Origin: Botryllus schlosseri
Taxonomy: Eukaryota
DNA: 64,000 nucleotides
Direction: 5' to 3'
NCBI GenBank assembly: GCA_051294905.1
Contig: CM119372.1
Location: forward strand, 27,406,001-27,470,000
Both the position numbers and the translations under genes were made by a program. Below, piece after piece: positions 52,757-64,000 of the stretch. Every line of letters starts with the position of its first letter. The first letter of the stretch is position 1. Below the pieces are notes generated by a model. That model had not been told where the DNA came from. It worked only from the letters and a program-made list of their open reading frames with translations, and did no database searches.

Positions 52757-55175
52757 CATTGGCGCCGAGTTACGGGGTGGCGGGGTGGCGCAGCCACCCC
52801 ATGACACAATTATGGGGTGGCGGCCACTCCTTGCAAAATGCTTAAACGCCCGCCGTCTAATCTGTCAATTAGCGAGTCCGTGATATCGCGTAAATGCCAA
52901 CCATTTACCATTAACGGATGCGCGCGTGAATAATTAAATACTCAGCTTTTTCGGCGACGACGAACTAGTGCTCAAAACGCCCAATAAAGTGTAATCCGTG
53001 ATTTGTAATCACTAATAATCATACAATCGAAGCGACCTCGTTGACGGCGTCGATTTCGACACGCTTGCGCCGCGAAACACCATCTCCTCTCTTGACCAGA
53101 CGAACGAATTCACGTTCTACTTCTCTCAATTAAGTTGTATTTGCGCGCATATTCGTTTACAAAATATTTCTTGAGTTAGTTTCGTAATAGTCTTTTTAAT
53201 TGTAGCGCGATCGCGAAATAGGAAATCGGGTTTGTGTATGCTATCGAAGAGAAGGTCATTCCTGCGCAAAGTGAGCATATTCATTACTCTAACAAGGCTT
53301 TGCTAACTTTTATCTGGAAATGCAGTAATGCAGCTCAAACGTCTTTATAATGAACAAACAATTGTCGTGATGTCAGACTCGGAACCCCATTATGCTGTAC
53401 GCAAGTTGAGGAATTGCTGATTAGATGCGCGCATTCTCGTTTGCTATCATCTGTAGGCTACTAATTCTTGTCTGCTTTATACGTTCGTATTCCCTCGATG
53501 TCACTTGTCAGTGTTTGATTTGTTATTAATACTGCGCATTGTGCAGTACATGGCGTTGAATTACGTTGTCAAATATTGATTCAACAAGAGATTCTCTGTG
53601 GCGCAAATTCTGAATTTATTCGATTAGTTTGAGCGGGAACCTTCTATTTTCCAATAAACTTCATTGCTGGACGGACTCTATCGGGCGCAACCATATCGCG
53701 GATCGAATCTCAAACCTTCTGGATTTGTATTCCCATTAATAAGGTTGCGGCATGCGCCCATATTGCTCTTGCTGCAATAACACCTTGATAATTAAGTCAC
53801 ACCATTTCACGATCAAATTCGACTGGCTGATCGGGACTTACGTATAGGCCGTAGGCTCCGGGCTTGTATTAACCAGCGCGTTGTCGGCATTAAAACACTA
53901 CGTGCGTAGCCAGTGAGTTTATCATTTCAAACTGAAAATCCCGTCCTTTTGAAATGTCAATTAACAATTCGTATTATCGATGCTGCGTATACTGCAAATT
54001 AGCGAGAATCATTTGTATGCGAAATGGGTCGTCGATATCTCATGTGCACTATCGTCGGTGATTTGATTTAGCGCGTCCATATGCAGGCCTGCTACCGTCC
54101 GCAGAAACACTTTCGCCAAACAGTAACAATCTATGAGTGTACTATTGTTTGTGTTTAAGTATATGTATCTTTTTGATTAAAACTTATGCCCGCGTCTAAA
54201 CAAATTGTGCTCTATGCCATTGCCGAATCTGGGTATTTAGGTATGACTCGCGCACCCTGTAATTGTAATTATTGCGGGTTCGCGGCATGTCTGCAATTTC
54301 GGTATCAGCGCAACCTTGCCGGCCGATTGTACAGTCCGATAAAATTCTTCACTACTATGTATTTCGCACAGCGTACTGATACTGATTTCAGCAAACTAAC
54401 GATCTTTATGAAATGTCAAAATTCGACCTCATTGCTAGAAACGTAGATTTCATCACGTGCTCTGAGAAACACCATCTCCTATAGTCCTATCCCGATTTGA
54501 CGACCAAATATACGTTCATCTTCTACAAATTAAAATGCATTATTTGCATCGATGAGGCCCGCAAGCCGCGTTTAAAATATTTTGTGAACCATTTTTGTCA
54601 TAAATATTCTCTGAGCGCAAAGTTGAACAGTGTTTTATTGTGTGTGCCTGGTAGTTGGAATTTATTCTAGTGCCCATAATATTAATCCAATTATGATTCG
54701 CGAACGTAAACCGGGAAATGCAGCAATGCAGTCTATATCGATGTTTTAATCAGCAACCAATTGTCGCGATGCAAGCTACACTAAGTAAAAACCCATTGTG
54801 TTGGCGGCAAGGGATAATTACTGATTGGCCGCACGCGTTTGTAATCATACTTCTTGTCTGTCTTTCGTGTTCCAGAATTGTTGTGCCATGTTACTGCTCA
54901 GTCCAGCAATGAATGCCGAGCGTTCGGCAATCAATAACCTAATTTTGCAATGATCTCAACGGGAGATCGCGTCGCGTGCACAGACGAATCTCGCTAATTG
55001 GACACGGCCGCGCGTAACACTGATATTACGACATGTTGAATTACAACTGAATATTAGCATCAGACAGGTAATTTCGAAAGGACGAGGTTTTGCGTTTCAA
55101 AAGGAGAGGGTTTCGACACCTCCCTGACTACGCGCCTGCCGCCACCCCATGCAAAAATAAAAGTCGGTGCCTATG
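52757..55175. mobile_element. Non-autonomous hAT element in the LINE endonuclease domain
   Basis: TIRs CATTGGCGCCGAGTT / AAGTCGGTGCCTATG (12/15). TSD CTCTGACA at 52749-52756 and 55176-55183. Removing it restores EYIFVRVNVQKALTVAVIYKHP. Confidence 0.9.
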
Positions 55176-55183
55176 CTCTGACA

Positions 55184-55540
55184 AATATATATTCTACGCC
55201 TTCGGTTTCAAATTTTACGTCGGGCATCATGTCATATCTCAGACCTTCGTTGATGTATAGTCCAACACCTCCAGCGTTCGTCTTAGATGGCGAGTGTAAA
55301 AAGTTGAAACCTGTCAGGTTAACATTAGTTGTTGGATGTTCTTTCAACTTGGTCTCAGAGATTCCGATGATGGTTGGTGAGCAATTTAACATTTCGAACA
55401 GGGGGAATTTCATCTAGATGAGCTTGGAGGAATCTTGTGTTTAAGTGTGCAAGTAAAATTCCTTGAGATGATGGGATATCACTACTATTCGTTGAATTGA
55501 TAGATCTGCAGTTGCTCATGTTAAAAAGGTTTTGAGCCAT
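55184..55540 (-). pseudogene. LINE ORF2 N-terminus (endonuclease), frameshifted
   Basis: HLNTRFL, IIGISETKL, NAGGVGLYI. Confidence 0.88.
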
Positions 55541-56427
55541 TTTTTAGCGTGTGTTGCGTTTGCAGTGAGAGAGCAGTATATCAGCTTATATTTGACTTTA
55601 TCGAGGTCATCCTTTGACTCAATGTGGATTCTGGGTGCGCCATCATTCTTTTTCATGTAGATATTCCCATTTGCAGTCCAGAGGTATTTGAAGCTTTTAT
55701 CTTTTTTCGTAGCTCGCGCTTCAAATAAGACATCTCTTCTGTAATTTGTTGAATTTTCGTTCAGGAAGAGTTGTTTTATTCCTTCTACACCGAAGTCTTT
55801 GATATCCTTTTTGTCCTTTCTCACTTTGAGAAATTCTTTTTTTGGTTGGTCTGAAGAGAATTTAGCTACAATGGGTCCTGTTTTGTCTGGATTTTTGAAG
55901 CGCACTCTATAGCAGTGCACAATCTGTGGCGCAGTGATGTCAGCTTCCAAGGCTTTAGCTATTTTCATAATGGTCTCAGGCAGATCTTATTTTTTGGAGT
56001 AGGGAACACCATGAAATTCCAGGTTGTTGTTTCGAGATTGCTGCTCCAGGTTGTCGTTGGTGCGTACTAGGCCAGATATTTTTTTCAGGATACTCATAGT
56101 TGATTCAAATTTGTCGTGTTCCTTGAGCATGGTTTCTTGCGAGGCGAGATTTAGATTTTCTTTGTTGCTCTCAAATTCTGCATTCATGAATTCCATTCCA
56201 GTCTTGCAAGTTTCTATTTCTTTCCGGAATTCCTTGTTTTCTTCCTTTAGTTTCCAAACCTCTTGTTTGGTCTTATCATGATCAGATTTCAATATTTCAT
56301 ATTGCTTTTGCAATGTTATATTCAACTGTGTCAAACCTTTGACTTCACTGAGCGTATCTTCCAGTTTACTGTCCATCTTTTTCAGTCTCGCCAAGATGGC
56401 ATCTTCATGTGTTCTATGCTTTGTCAT
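55516..56427 (-). pseudogene. LINE ORF1 (coiled coil plus L1-ORF1/FP25K-like RRM-CTD), frameshifted
   Basis: Coiled coil, then EQQSRNNNLEFHGVP, PIVAKF, LFLNENST and FKYLWTANGNIYMKK. Confidence 0.85.
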
Positions 56428-57543
56428 TTTGTTTCTTGGATGGATCTATAGCTTAGCCCTAGGTTATAGCCTCGAATACTTTAAACCTTAATACAACCAA
56501 ATACTCCAAGCAGTTTCAAGTTACCTTGGATAAGCTGAATGGGGCATTGGACCTATAGCTGGTAGTAAATGTAATGTTCATTTTTCTTGCCATATCCTGC
56601 AGTTTGCATCAAATATGTGTGTGAAATATCCTCGGATGATTGCATCCTCTAACCAAAAATGGGTGAAAGCATCGGCCAAGATCGATACTAGTACTTTTCT
56701 CCTAATAATTCAATCGAATCCTTAGCTATATAACTTATTTTATGGTAAAAGTGTGGATTTTTATATGGTATCGAAAATTAATATGACTAAATTAGCGAAA
56801 ATTTGCATATTTTGGACATATGCCGTAGAGCAAATACTTGACGTGATGGAAGAAAACCAACGACATTTTCGGAATCAGCACGCCAAAATTAGCCGGAATC
56901 AAGTGCAAAATCAAAGTCAACAAATTTTTCGTTCAAAATTGTTGCCCAGTGTTATTAATCAACAATGTTTGATATTGTCCATCGACGGGCAGCTCAACAG
57001 TCTGAAGAATCACCAGAAATCGTGGTTCACGATGTGCTGTGGGAATTACATAAAGTATTTAAGCGTCTATTGCTGCAGATCGAGGTGCAATGGCTTTTCA
57101 TGTGAAATTGCGTTGAGCGTGGAATATTGCCAGAGCTGCGACCACGTAGAAACGATGTCCGTTAAATGGCGGAGATATTATCCCAAATTTAACGAATCGT
57201 AATTATTTCTTTTTGGTAATGAGGTGGATGATAGTGTTCGGATTCAGTAATAACCTCCTGATGTATCAACCAAATTCAGCGGGAATTCTTCCCATTCTCA
57301 AGCTTGCGCAGGCTTGCTACAGATCCCTTTGCATGTCTGATGTTGACGTAGAAGGAAACAGAAAAGACCTTGAAGAACTGCGCAATGACATGACTATTCC
57401 ACTTCTGAGTGTCTTTCAATTGGAAATTTCTGACTGGATAATAAAATAATTTCAATTGGAAATTTCTGACTGGATAATAAAATAAATTCATGCTAAGAAA
57501 TTTGCTACCATGAAGTTATTGGAAAGCTTTATACAGTGTAGAG

Positions 57544-60075
57544 CAGAGGTCTCAAACTCAAATGTGCTCGCGGGCCAATTTCCTACTTTTGATGGCGCCG
57601 CGGGCCGCAGCATCAATAATAGGGGAATTCAATGTATTTCCAAGTAGGCCTTATTTGACGGGACCTTGCAGACTGACATTCCACACGCATCGTAAAAATG
57701 TGATTTACTATTGTTAATCACGCCTGCCACAAAATAAATAACATTTTTAGATATCTGAATGAAATTGTTGCTGTATTTGGCATAGTTTGTCAACATAATT
57801 AGTTGTAGACATCATGCGAGAGTACAAATGCGTCAGGACATTGTAACAGCTGTAGCGTTATAATTTTGCAGCTAGCGGAAATTTGACGTGCCGCAATTAT
57901 AGGTAGAATTTTAGAATTTTACAAAGATTGATCTGATCAGAGCATTGGAGTAGTACAGACTATAATCCGGGTCTCGGGTACACATAACTAGGCTATTGAT
58001 CATGTCATTGCCAAAGTCAAATTAAATCAACGTTAGATTTACCTTCGAATATTAGAAGAGATCAATAATAAGTTGAAGATAATGATTACTGTGCAATATC
58101 AATAGAAATGTCCAATCGCCGAAGAATCCATTTGTGTTACAGCTGATAGAAGCGTAGGCTCCGACTACTTTATACTCCCCACATTTAATTGGCGATGATA
58201 ACATGGATACCCAACATGACACAGGATGTAAGCAACCAGTGGCGTAGCAGGCACCTGGCGGTTCTGGCTCTGCGCCAGGGACGGCAGGCTCCAAGGGGGC
58301 GGCAAATGAGGCTGCGCAGTGCACAGTGTACACAGTCGGCTAAAAGCAGCGTCATTAGTAGTCCTATAACTGGCATCCCGTGAGGTAAAATTTAATCAAA
58401 CTGGTCTCCATCAAAAGCTAGTGTCGCGCTGATTCCGAAAACACGAATTAATATGTTAACATGGCAATGGAACCACTCAAAAATAGCCATCAAGGCCGAT
58501 TGTTCCTTACAATCGGAGCGCCGCAACACACTGACTAATTGACCATGATAATGGAAATTATATCGAGCGATCATTTGGAGCAATGCCGATTTTCAGACCA
58601 GTATTTAAATTGTATTTCCGGAATCAGGTCAACAATAGCTTTCGATTAAGATCAGTATTGTTAAATTTGAGCGCTCGGGGGGCCTGGCCAACTATAGGAT
58701 GACCATGACCAATTATGCTGCTTTTAGCTAGCTCAGCAGTAGGCCTGTCTGGGTATTCAAGTGTGACAAGTAAACTTGAAGCTCAAACCAGGTTTACCGG
58801 CATAGCCTAAGCCACTTGAAGATATGTTTGGATTTTTTATTCCCCACGCGCTGCTGCAAAGTGAAAGTCACAATTTATTCACCAGCGCTTTTAAAAGCAC
58901 CTATGACGACGAAGTTGACTTTTTGGAGTTAACTGTGTAAATTGACAGATTTAAGAGGCTGGTATGAAGCAGTGGCTAGTTAATGCAAAACTACTTGATT
59001 CGGCACCATATTTATGCTCGTGGCTGAAACTTCATCTGACCATTGGTGTTTCAATTGCAAGCTGTGAGAGGAGCTTCTCAAAGCTCAAACTGATTAAGTC
59101 TTATTTACGTTCTACCATGAATGATGATCGGCTATCAGCTCTATCCATTCTGTCTATAGAAAGACTGAAAGAGACTATACGTTCAAAAACTTGAATTTGA
59201 AGTTTTTATCGCTGATTTTGCTTCAGTCACAGCCCGACAAGTTAAGTTTTGAGGCGGCTATTGATTTCTATTTGCACAATACGTTCGTTCCCTATTTCTT
59301 GTCTGTATTATTTTTAGCCTTATTAACGGTGAGGCTGAGATGCGGCATATTATTTGTAATTATTTGCATTGACACGTTTGCTTGAAAATCAATTTATGTC
59401 GAAATTTGCTGCTGTCTGCTTAGGGGGCGGCATTTTAAGCGAGAGCCAGGGGCGGCAGCACATGCTGCTACGCCAGTGTAAGCAACTATAGGCCTACACA
59501 TCAAGAGGGCAAAATAATTATAATGGTTGCCATACCGACCTGCATCTAAATGAGCTACGAAGCGCAAGCTAGAACCTTTTGATATTTTACTATTTTCAAT
59601 AACAGTTGGATAGTTTGTTGCATCCGTGGTTGTACCAAATCACGGCGTTCCGCGTCACAAAAGTCCTTCTCTGATTGTACTTTTGATGCGACTCAACTCG
59701 AGTAATTTTTATTTTATCACCCATTGAGTCCGAATTCGATTAATACTACAAAACGTCGCGCCCAAGTCCAAATAACAATTTTCAGTACGAATCATCAACG
59801 GGTCATGTTTATGTTTAACACCATAAACAAGTAATGTCACGTAATAGGTAATCTTACACTACGTCGAAACTTTTTAAAGTGATGTAATAGTGAAGTTTGA
59901 TGAGTAGTTCTGGCTTCTGGAGTAGTTTTAGAGCGAGTTTTGAGTTCTCAAATTAAAAAAAAAATTGGTAGTAAAATATTGTCCAATACTTCGAAATCCA
60001 ACATGCCGTCGCGGGCCGCACGAAATGGTCTCGCGGGCCGCATGCGGCCCGCGGGCCGCGTGTTTGAGACCTCTG
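57544..60075. mobile_element. Non-autonomous hAT MITE
   Basis: TIR CAGAGGTCTCAAAC. TSD GTGTAGAG at 57536-57543 and 60076-60083. Confidence 0.92.
58237..59478 (+). mobile_element. hAT (Tip100/ZMYM-like) deletion derivative nested in 57544-60075
   Basis: TIR CAGTGGCGTAGCAG, TSD TAAGCAAC at 58229-58236 and 59479-59486, remnant ASCERSFSKLKLIKSYLRSTM..DRLSALSILSIE at 58964-59194. Confidence 0.9.
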
Positions 60076-61282
60076 GTGTAGAGCAATTTTGAGATAAAAT
60101 CAAAGTTCAGTATTTCGCCTCAATCGTTCCGCATACAGACACGAATCTAAGCAAAACACCTTACCCGAGGCCAGAGTATTGGAGTCAGGGATCGATATCC
60201 CTGATTGGAGCTAATTTTTTTCTCAATCCATTTCCCAGCTCGTATATTCGATAGATCGCAGCTCATATTTCGTAAAGCATAGTTTCAGTGCCGTGTCAAA
60301 GATTATGATTCATCACGGATACGCATACTGCGGGACGTGGGTATTTCAGAGTGTTCTTAGCAAAACTGATCACCGATATCATGTGGACGATGAATATGCA
60401 CCATAGCCTCATGCTGTTAGTGTTATTGCATTACTGTTAGTTGCAGGATAACTGTCAATTTATTTGCATTCATCAAAATCAGAACTTGCGTTCGGTTCAA
60501 TGATATAGACTCCGTATTACGATGCTGAATAGAACACGATGTCGAGGGTTCCAATCATTCCATACCGTATAGGTCGACGATTACTAATACAAGTCGTCCG
60601 AAGGTCAATGATGCATTTAATAACGATCGACATATTTCTACATGTTTTGAAGCAGCGTTTTAAAACACCTGTTATGAATGAAACCCTATCGATGAAGCTA
60701 CAAAGTTTATCTTGCGGACTCCGTGGCTTCTGACAAGGAAATCATCATACAGTTGGTGCGTTCCATTCCAAAGACGCAATACATTTTGAATATAACCTGT
60801 TTGTAGGGTACTTCAGGACCGTGGCTCGTTGGAAGTACCATACGAAGATTTGTTAAGTGTACCGATCAGGTATTGCCTGACAAAAAGTCAGGGAAACGTA
60901 ATCCCTAACACCAGTTATATTTGTACAGCAAACTGAATTGATACGTTTGAATCTCCATCTATTTTCCCAGTTCAAGTAGTTTTGATCACTGCCACGGATA
61001 TCAATACTATTCGTCTTTTACTTCCACTTGTGTGCAAAAAGTGACAGTGGGGACATCTGGCCGTGAAACAAGCAGGCATACTTATTCAAGACATTCTGCA
61101 TAATGTGACATGTGTTCTCTGTATCGTGTGGGCACTAAATCGTTCGTATCATCCTACTCGCCGCCTCTCAAAGCGGACCGGCAGAAAGTTTCAAGACCAG
61201 CTTTTATTTAACTCGATTATACTTTTGTTGCAATAGTTACAAGCAATGAATTTTAATAGTGGGAAATAGATAAGTTCCATTA

Positions 61283-61496
61283 TGCACCGTATCCATCTTG
61301 GGATTCTAGCGGCTGGCTAATTCCTTGCAAATGGACAACTCCTCCGAAGTCACAGCTTGACGAGGATGGGATAGCATCGTAGTAAGCTTGGAACACAGAG
61401 CCAGCGCCCACACGTAAACGGAGCTGATCGCAGGAGTTGGGGTCGGTGGAGCAGCAGGATGTAACGTCGGACGCAGAGTTGCATTGCTCTCGAACC
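61283..61496 (-). CDS. Possible exon of a Cys-rich host protein
   Basis: GC-richer open frame VREQCNSASDVTSCCSTDPNSCDQL... after the acceptor TGTCTCAG. Neighbouring exons not identified. Confidence 0.3.
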
Positions 61497-61626
61497 TGAG
61501 ACATGAACGACGGAATCAGATAATGTGGTAATAGGAATGAGATCAATGAATATATTGTGCGAACTAAATAGTAACGTCTCAATGAAGCCCGGAGTAAAAG
61601 TCGACCGTGCTTGTAGTAATAATTAC

Positions 61627-63756
61627 TAGGGATGGTGCGAACGTGAGGTTCACGTTCGCGTTCTGTGTGTGAACCTCATAAATTTAGAGGTTCACTTTCA
61701 CAAGCGAACTTTGGTAGGTTCCGGACTGTGCACCTTTTTCATATATTACAATTTTCAGGTCATTATAACATCTTTGACTGAAATTCATTGCGAATCAACT
61801 CCGGGCCACTCCATGCGTGGCGCTGGCAGCATAAAAAAATCAACACTAAACGAGCATGCACCTGACAATATCAAAAGTTGTACTTATTGCTTTGTTACAA
61901 AAGGCTTCTCTAAATATCCAGCTTTCCGTTTGTGAATATTTAGTGACTCTCTGCTGTAATGAGCTTGACTCGCAATCACGCAACATCAAGAGCAAAATAC
62001 GCTACATGTAGCTATAGTAAGCGAATGATGTTTATTCAACCAGTCAATGAAGTTGATATCACTGTCTGATGTCGAAAATCTAGCAGGCGTACGTGGTCTA
62101 TCTTGATTTCATATGTTTATTGTATCATAAAAACCAAATCCGTGCGAGTGAGGTGCTGGCTACTGCTGTATAACTTGTTAATGGGGTAGTATCGGTAGCA
62201 AGTATAGAAACCAGTTTACACTCAGCTCAATATCAACGTAGCAATACTCAGACGCCGAATACATTGTCCGGTCTGGCCTAGACCGTTACTCTCACGGTTA
62301 TATTCCCTTGCAAGTCCTCGTCGAAATTGTTGGCAAAAAGACAGAAGACATTGATTTTATAGGATTATTATATCATTTGATTGCTCCTTTTGCTACATTT
62401 GGCGATGTTTAAAAAGTCAGTATGTTCTTCAGCATTGTGACATTATGTGGCCCGTGTCGTCGCTAGGTATCGTGTACATTAATATATCACTTCACTAAAT
62501 ATAGGGCTGCAATTATCATACATCATCACGTGACGTTCACGTTCACACCAGAGGTGGTCAGTAACGAAGTACTTCTACTTTTTCAATCAAGAAGATAGCC
62601 TGAGAAATTTCGGGGCTGTTTTCGCGGAGTATCAACATTTAATTTCCACAAAAGTTGAGTAGCCAAGACTTTTCGTCGCGCTTCGCGCGCAGTGGATACG
62701 GAGTGACCAGTATGATTTCGCGAAAGTATCGGTGGATATAATTCAGGTCGCGGGTTGGCGTGGTTCCGTTTACACCACATTGTCGCCCTTCGCCCATATG
62801 AAATAATTCATCACAGCATATATGGCTCATCATAACGTTTGAAACTGATGTTTCGCAATCTAGCATTTACTTGTCATATCGTAATCTAGCATGTCCATGG
62901 CGTGTCCTAATCTGGAAACTTGGACTCTGACTTTTTTTAGTTTTAGAGCTGCTTTAGCACACCACCTTTGAACCTTTCTGGACTAAAGGCATGAAATACA
63001 TGTTCCACTTTTAGAAGTAGTATTTATATTTCAGTTTTAATTCCCAGTATCATATACTTTGAGATATAATTAATATCAGTTCTTTTGTCTGGATAACATA
63101 AATGTTTAAGAATAAAAGCAAGTGTAGTAATGCCTTTAATTTCCGGAAATAAAGCTACACACTATGGCATTTTTACGGTCCACCATATTTTTTATTAACG
63201 TTTACTAATCGCGCAAAGTGTTTACACCGTATCCTATCCAACTTCTCCGTATTGCTCTTCGACTAAACTACGGGCCTTATAATATGGGGGATGGCGCCGT
63301 ACCATGCTATTTTCTGAAACGTGCTATTAGAGAAATCAGAGGATTAGTATCGCATTTCCATATCGATACTATCATGATGTGGATGAATCCATATGCTATC
63401 GAAAATTGGATACCTGTTGGTATGCATCAATATGAATCAAGCTCGTCACCTTTTGCATAGCTCAATTTGCACCTTTTTACAATCCATGTGAACGAATTAG
63501 GATCGTTTTCACAGCTACTTACTTAATTGAGTACATTTAAAGTCAGTCAATTCTACTTCTACTTCAAGTAGTTTTAAGTTGCTTATGGAAGAAGTACTTC
63601 TACTACTCGTACTTGAGTAGATTTTTTCGTCGCTGGTTCTACTTCTACTTGAGTAGCTTTCTTGACTACTTTGACCCCCTCTGGTTCACACAGAACCTTT
63701 CAAAAAGGTTCGCGTTCACAGGAACCTGAACCTTTTAGAGGTTCACACCATCCCTC
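61627..63756 (+). mobile_element. Full-length GTTCAC-family hAT-like MITE
   Basis: Ends TAGGGATGGTG...CACCATCCCTC. Degraded TSD ATAATTAC/GTAATTAG. Confidence 0.75.
62549..63683. mobile_element. hAT MITE with TACTT repeats, nested in 61627-63756
   Basis: Ends CAGAGGTGGTCA...TGACCCCCTCTG. TSD GTTCACAC at 62541-62548 and 63684-63691. Confidence 0.88.
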
Positions 63757-64000
63757 GTAATTAGAGGATTCATCGGAAAGAATGTTGGCCCGAGGTAAAT
63801 TACCACAGATTTGAAACAATCTAAATACCTACAAAGTCACGATCATTGCGCATAATAACAGTATAGTGTTGTCTATTATGGCGCATATTATTGACCATTC
63901 CATATGCTAGTGAAAACATTATCCAAAATTCATTATCCACTTGCTACTTCTAGCTCTACGAATTTCGCAACATTTCGAGTGGGCACAATATTGTTTTACA

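Larger units (their letters stand above)
56955..60400 (+). pseudogene. Fossil hAT-Charlie/Buster transposase (upstream part at about 31600-31926), split by later insertions
   Basis: FKRLLLQIEVQWL (cf. LLLHTEVRWLS), LEELRNDM...LEISDWII, then PFPSSY...FSAV after 60084. Confidence 0.6.

Noticed and set aside
57414..57485. 36-bp direct duplication
   Set aside because: A local slippage duplication within a dead transposase, with no sign of function.

Overview
AT-rich eukaryotic DNA, probably a marine invertebrate and possibly a tunicate (inferred only from an FLWxRQ-type 7TM gene and the repeat families). It consists almost entirely of nested transposable elements. The main feature is a 15,154-bp near-perfect palindrome (36981-52134): two ~6.35-kb inverted arms around a 979-bp unique spacer, with 5'-AGTAG termini and a 6-bp TSD (CTAGTA). 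These are Polinton/Maverick insertion signatures, yet no recognisable Polinton genes are present. The palindrome interrupts ORF2 of a CR1/L2-group LINE, which sits inside a Chapaev3 element, which sits inside a fossil hAT-Charlie transposase. Also present: an apparently intact hAT transposon (19070-24934, 664-aa transposase) carrying a 101-bp hairpin with two Penelope-type minimal hammerhead ribozyme motifs just upstream of its ATG; an EnSpm/CACTA element inserted two codons before the stop of a 7TM gene that has a single internal TAA; a tRNA-derived SINE; and about a dozen hAT MITEs with 8-bp TSDs. All family assignments come from motif recognition by eye. No database searches were run.
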